Assembly: GCA_015068085.1 (NCBI GenBank)
Contig: SVLF01000004.1
Span: forward strand, 12,821-76,820
Length of the DNA stretch: 64,000 nt
Source of the DNA: Oscillospiraceae bacterium
GTDB lineage: Bacteria; Bacillota; Clostridia; Oscillospirales; JAAYXM01
Direction of reading: 5' to 3'
Shown: positions 60,357-64,000 of the stretch, in pieces
Numbering within the stretch: the stretch's first letter is position 1
How the letters are laid out: each line of letters starts with the position of its first letter
Program-made: the position numbers and the translations under genes
Notes under the pieces: model-generated
What the model saw: only the letters and a program-made list of their open reading frames with translations
The model's database searches: none
What the model was told of the DNA's origin: nothing

Positions 60357-61814
60357 ATGACAGAAATTATTGTTTTTTCAATTTACCTTCTCTGTATGCT
60401 CGGAATAGGCGTGTATTTCTTCTTCCGTGACCGTAACGGCGGAGAAAAGAGCTTCTTCCTCGGCGGCAGACAGATGGGTCCGTGGGTTTCGGCACTTTCA
60501 GCCGGAGCTTCGGATATGAGCGCATGGGTGCTTATGGGACTTCCTACGGCAATTTATGCTGCAGGTCTCGGTCAGGTATGGGTTTCGGTAGGTCTCGCGG
60601 TTGGCTACACGATTTCATGGCTTGTTCAGGCACCTCGCCTTCGCAAGTTCTCAATCGTGGCGAATGACTCTATCACGATTCCTCAATACCTTACAAACCG
60701 CTTTCTTTCAAAATCACGTGCATTGCAGATTCTTTGTGCAATAGTTTTCCTTATTGCATATACGGTTTACTGTGCATCAAGCATCAAGGCGTGTGGAACA
60801 CTTTTCAATACAGTTTTAGGTATTGATGCGCAGGTCGCAATGTACATAGCTGCATTTATCATTATAGGATATACGTTCCTCGGCGGTTTCTCCGCAGTTT
60901 GCTGGACGGACTTTTTCCAGGGACTTCTCATTCTCGGCTCGATGTTTATAGCCCCGATTTTTGCGGCGTTCGTTCTTGATGCACCGACAATGGCAGGTAA
61001 TATGGCAACGCTTGAGCCGAATTTCTGGAACCCGATTGCAAGCTGGAAGGAAATAGTTTCCGGTCTTGCATGGGGTCTTGGTTACTTCGGTATGCCACAT
61101 ATCATAATTCGCTATATGTCGCTCCGCTCACAAAGGGAGCTTAAAAAGTCGGCGAAAATCGGCATCACATGGACTGCGCTCATAGTTCTCTTTGCTGCAA
61201 TTATCGGTATTGTTGGACGTCTTTTCCTCGGATATGATGAAACAATTAATGCAAATGAGCTTGTGTTCATTGAAATGGTGCGTAAGATATTCCCGCCGCT
61301 TCTTTCCGGTGTGCTTCTCTCGGCTATTCTTGCCGCATCTATGAGTACTGCGGACAGTCAGCTTCTTGCGGCTTCTTCTGCGTTTGCAAGTGATGTTTAC
61401 AAGCCGGTTATCCGCAAGAATAAAGCAAGTGATAAGGAGCTTCTTTGGGTTGGACGCTTTGTTGTTCTTGCTGTTGCGGTCATTGCACTTTTAATTGCGG
61501 CAAATCCGGCGTCTGCATCCATTATGGGGCTTGTTTCCAATGCGTGGGGTGTGTTCGGTGCCGCGTTCGGTCCGACGATTATGCTTTCCCTCTTCTGGAA
61601 ACGCTTTAATTTCAAGGGTGCTGTTGCAGGTATTCTCACCGGCGCGGTAGTTGACATTTGCTGGCTTGCGTTCCTTAGCAGCACGGGAATATATGAAATT
61701 CTTCCGGGAAGTGTTGCAAGCCTCATTGTTGCAGTTGCGGTTACACTTGTAACCAAGAAGCCGTCGGAAGAGGTTGAAAAGCTCTTTGACGATGCAGTGG
61801 CTTATGACGAATAA
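60357..61814 (+). CDS. putP: Sodium/proline symporter (SSS family)
   Basis: 485 aa. FFLGGRQMGPWVSALSAGASDMSAWVLMGLP is the PutP/SSS signature region. Confidence 0.85.
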   Translation: MTEIIVFSIYLLCMLGIGVYFFFRDRNGGEKSFFLGGRQMGPWVSALSAGASDMSAWVLMGLPTAIYAAGLGQVWVSVGLAVGYTISWLVQAPRLRKFSIVANDSITIPQYLTNRFLSKSRALQILCAIVFLIAYTVYCASSIKACGTLFNTVLGIDAQVAMYIAAFIIIGYTFLGGFSAVCWTDFFQGLLILGSMFIAPIFAAFVLDAPTMAGNMATLEPNFWNPIASWKEIVSGLAWGLGYFGMPHIIIRYMSLRSQRELKKSAKIGITWTALIVLFAAIIGIVGRLFLGYDETINANELVFIEMVRKIFPPLLSGVLLSAILAASMSTADSQLLAASSAFASDVYKPVIRKNKASDKELLWVGRFVVLAVAVIALLIAANPASASIMGLVSNAWGVFGAAFGPTIMLSLFWKRFNFKGAVAGILTGAVVDICWLAFLSSTGIYEILPGSVASLIVAVAVTLVTKKPSEEVEKLFDDAVAYDE

Positions 61815-61916
61815 AATATAAATAAACATGAAAAACACCCGCCGCATTAGGTGGGTAGTGATAAGGAAGTATTAAGAATATCACTATCTACCGACAAGCA
61901 GGGTGTAAAAGAGAGT

Positions 61917-61952
61917 CAAGCATGTCGCTTTTTACGGCGATATGCTTGTTTT
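61917..61952 (+). terminator. Probable putP terminator
   Basis: caagcatgtcgc / gcgatatgcttg (one mismatch), followed by TTTT. Confidence 0.4.
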
Positions 61953-62168
61953 CGTTAATATGGGGTAAAATGTAACGCAATAGAGGGTAAAAATCGCCCT
62001 ATTTCAGCGGTTTTTAAAGCCTGAAACTTATAAGGTAATGGTTTTATATTCAAAACCTCAAAAATGACTTCTATCGTTCCACAAAAATCTAGAAACGAAC
62101 ACTTTATGAAAAAAGGGATTTAAGTCCGTTTTTGGCTTAAATCCCCTTAACTGACATACTACAAAAAA

Positions 62169-62225
62169 AGACATGCAAGTCAAGGGCGAGCATGGCTCGT
62201 GCATTTACCCTTGACTTGCATGTCT
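62169..62225 (-). terminator. Strong terminator of the minus-strand GHKL/nuclease gene
   Basis: Perfect 18-bp stem agacatgcaagtcaaggg (62169-62186) / cccttgacttgcatgtct (62208-62225). The A7 run on the plus strand at 62163-62169 gives a U-run after the hairpin on the minus strand. Lies 16 nt downstream of the stop at 62241. Confidence 0.8.
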
Positions 62226-62240
62226 TTTGTGCGTTTAAAA

Positions 62241-64000
62241 TTAACTTATTTTTACTTCAGGTGGCATTGCGGAAGAAAGAGTTGCTTGTTCCTCCACGAT
62301 TTCATTTGCTGTTTTGTTTTTAGATTCTGCAAGTGCATTTTGCTGCAACTGTAATTTGTCAAGTAAAAAACTGTTGTTTATTTCAAACTCAGTTATTATA
62401 TCACTCCATCTTTTTACATATATTTTACATTTTTTAACTTTGAAAACAAGATACTTTTCTCCATAAGAAGAAGCGTTTTCATACTCATTTTCAATGTCTG
62501 TATTGATATTATTACCAACAAGATAAAATTCCCACTCAATATTATCCGCATTAAACCTGTCTTCTGATTGAATTGTTTTAAAATAAGTTTTTACTTGAGT
62601 TAATTCCTTATTTCCTAAAGTTACACTAGGTCTTTTGAGTTCTACAACAATGCACTTTTTTATATCTCCTTGCTTCGATTGCCGTACAGCAAAAATATCC
62701 ATCTCCTTATTTTTGTCAGGACTATCAATTTTGCTTTCCTCTTTTGTAAGTTTTTCGCCATTAAGAATATAACGAAAACGACGTAAGGCCTCTTCGAAAT
62801 CTGGCTCTTCTGCGGTAACAAGATGATATTGCTCACCGAAAATCCAATAATTGTTTTCGATAAATGGCTGTATGTGCTTTACCTCGGTTATACTCTCTGA
62901 TTTATCAAAAACTAAAGACTTTAATTGTTCAATAACTATAGCTCTATCTTTTAATAGGTTAATTGTTTTAGTGATATTGGACATTGTTGTATATTCTAGT
63001 ATTTCAGACAATCCTTTTCTTTCATCATCACTCATATCAACAATATCGCCTATTATATCAAACAAACTATCAAGTTCGTTAGATTGTAGTATTAAGTCAA
63101 ACAATCTTACCAATGTTTTTTGTTGAGTAATGTTCAGTTTTGAAAAAATTTTAGGTTCAGCATAGTAAATATTAGAAATCATTGCATCCAATGCATCTTT
63201 TCTATAGGCATCAAATGGTGTATCTTGATATTTGGGATAGGCGCCATTTTTCTTTAATTCAATTAAGTATGTTTTTGTGTACTCTTTGATAAATGGATTC
63301 CTTTTTTCTCGCAACAACTTGTCAACTTCGTGTTTTATAAACCTATACTCTACGGAATCCTTGGTTTTTCCAAAAAGAACTTCTTGGCCTTCGGGATTTT
63401 CAAAAGAAAAGTCATCAAATAACGAACTTTTTATATATACACTGTGGAAAAATTTATCACCTTTATTATTTAATGTTGTGTTTTCTTTGAATTTTTCAAT
63501 TCCATCCGCATTTATATAATAATACTTGGAAAATTCTTTATTTAACTTTCTTTTCCAACGGCAAAAAGTAACATCATATGATATATTCTCATAAGTATAT
63601 TTATGTTCAGAGCGTTCCTCAATCACCTCGGTATTATCTATATCTTTATTGTCAATATACAACTTACATCCTTGCTGTCTTTTAAGCTCAATGTACCAAG
63701 AAAATTCGGTCTGAATATAATCATTCAATTCATCAACGGAAAATTTTTCGTCAACATTATTCAGAGTAACTGTCGTACCTGTTTCTGCAGAAGTTTCTTG
63801 TTTTTCCGAATGAGAAAATTCTTCTAAAGTACTTGCGTTAATAGTTATATTGTAAGTATATTTTATGTTGTCTTTTTCATATGTTGTTTCCCACTCAGCC
63901 TCTTGTGCAAATGTGAAAAATGTTAGTCTTCCAACACCATTTTTACCATGATATGTAGAAATGGTGTTTTTATTTATTGTAATCGCTTTTTCCGATTCAA
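62241..64000 (-). CDS. GHKL-type ATPase fused to a Shedu-like (DUF4263-type) PD-(D/E)xK nuclease domain; 5' end lies outside the window
   Basis: The listed ORF starts at a TTG (63728), but the frame stays open to nt 64000. Extra codons read ..AITINKNTISTYHGKNGVGRLTFFTFAQEAEW.. (G-rich ATP-lid-like, 63927-63950). C-terminal part: HIQPFIENNYWIFGEQY...EMDIFAVRQ..CIVVELKRP..LTQVKTYF (core ~62628-62702). Very AT-rich. Confidence 0.6.
   Translation of the reverse strand, partial: ESEKAITINKNTISTYHGKNGVGRLTFFTFAQEAEWETTYEKDNIKYTYNITINASTLEEFSHSEKQETSAETGTTVTLNNVDEKFSVDELNDYIQTEFSWYIELKRQQGCKLYIDNKDIDNTEVIEERSEHKYTYENISYDVTFCRWKRKLNKEFSKYYYINADGIEKFKENTTLNNKGDKFFHSVYIKSSLFDDFSFENPEGQEVLFGKTKDSVEYRFIKHEVDKLLREKRNPFIKEYTKTYLIELKKNGAYPKYQDTPFDAYRKDALDAMISNIYYAEPKIFSKLNITQQKTLVRLFDLILQSNELDSLFDIIGDIVDMSDDERKGLSEILEYTTMSNITKTINLLKDRAIVIEQLKSLVFDKSESITEVKHIQPFIENNYWIFGEQYHLVTAEEPDFEEALRRFRYILNGEKLTKEESKIDSPDKNKEMDIFAVRQSKQGDIKKCIVVELKRPSVTLGNKELTQVKTYFKTIQSEDRFNADNIEWEFYLVGNNINTDIENEYENASSYGEKYLVFKVKKCKIYVKRWSDIITEFEINNSFLLDKLQLQQNALAESKNKTANEIVEEQATLSSAMPPEVKIS

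Overview
Chromosomal segment with Clostridia-type gene content (SLH-anchored surface proteins, V/A-type ATPase, Mini-III RNase, DUF3048 lipoprotein), roughly half G+C by eye. All product names rest on motifs read by eye; no homology or HMM search was run.

- **nt 1-10.8 kb:** the 3' part of an SLH-anchored heparinase II/III-like surface protein and a 440-nt hairpin-dense spacer. These are followed by two tandem paralogous ~630-aa enzymes of unknown family, NagA, a GH28-like beta-helix protein and an AGE-family epimerase.
- **10.9-19.3 kb:** an NSS Na+ symporter, then a ~1-kb islet downstream of tRNA-Ser. The islet is bounded by a duplicated tRNA 3' end and filled with arrays of variable mini-hairpins. 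Then come prmA, a LysR regulator, a DUF2974 hydrolase, and an AT-rich AbiEi-like gene that overlaps an esterase gene.
- **19.4-43.6 kb:** an AraC-headed locus. It holds two Gfo/Idh/MocA oxidoreductases, two large unclassifiable enzymes, a ~1025-aa secreted protein and a 2958-aa giant SLH-anchored lyase-like protein; the last two share mosaic repeat modules. It also holds two orphan solute-binding lipoproteins, a ceramidase-like protein and the 3' remnant of a third SLH gene.
- **43.6-61.8 kb:** glnA, DUF3048, mrnC and a complete nine-gene V-type ATPase operon whose K subunit carries the full Na+-ligand signature. Then tRNA-Arg, an Fe-S aldo/keto reductase, a DMT transporter, an AGCS symporter behind a glycine riboswitch, and putP.
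- **61.85-64.0 kb:** an AT-rich segment encoding a GHKL-ATPase / Shedu-like nuclease fusion that runs off the window. This is the best defence-system candidate.

No CRISPR array, rRNA, transposase or integrase was seen.
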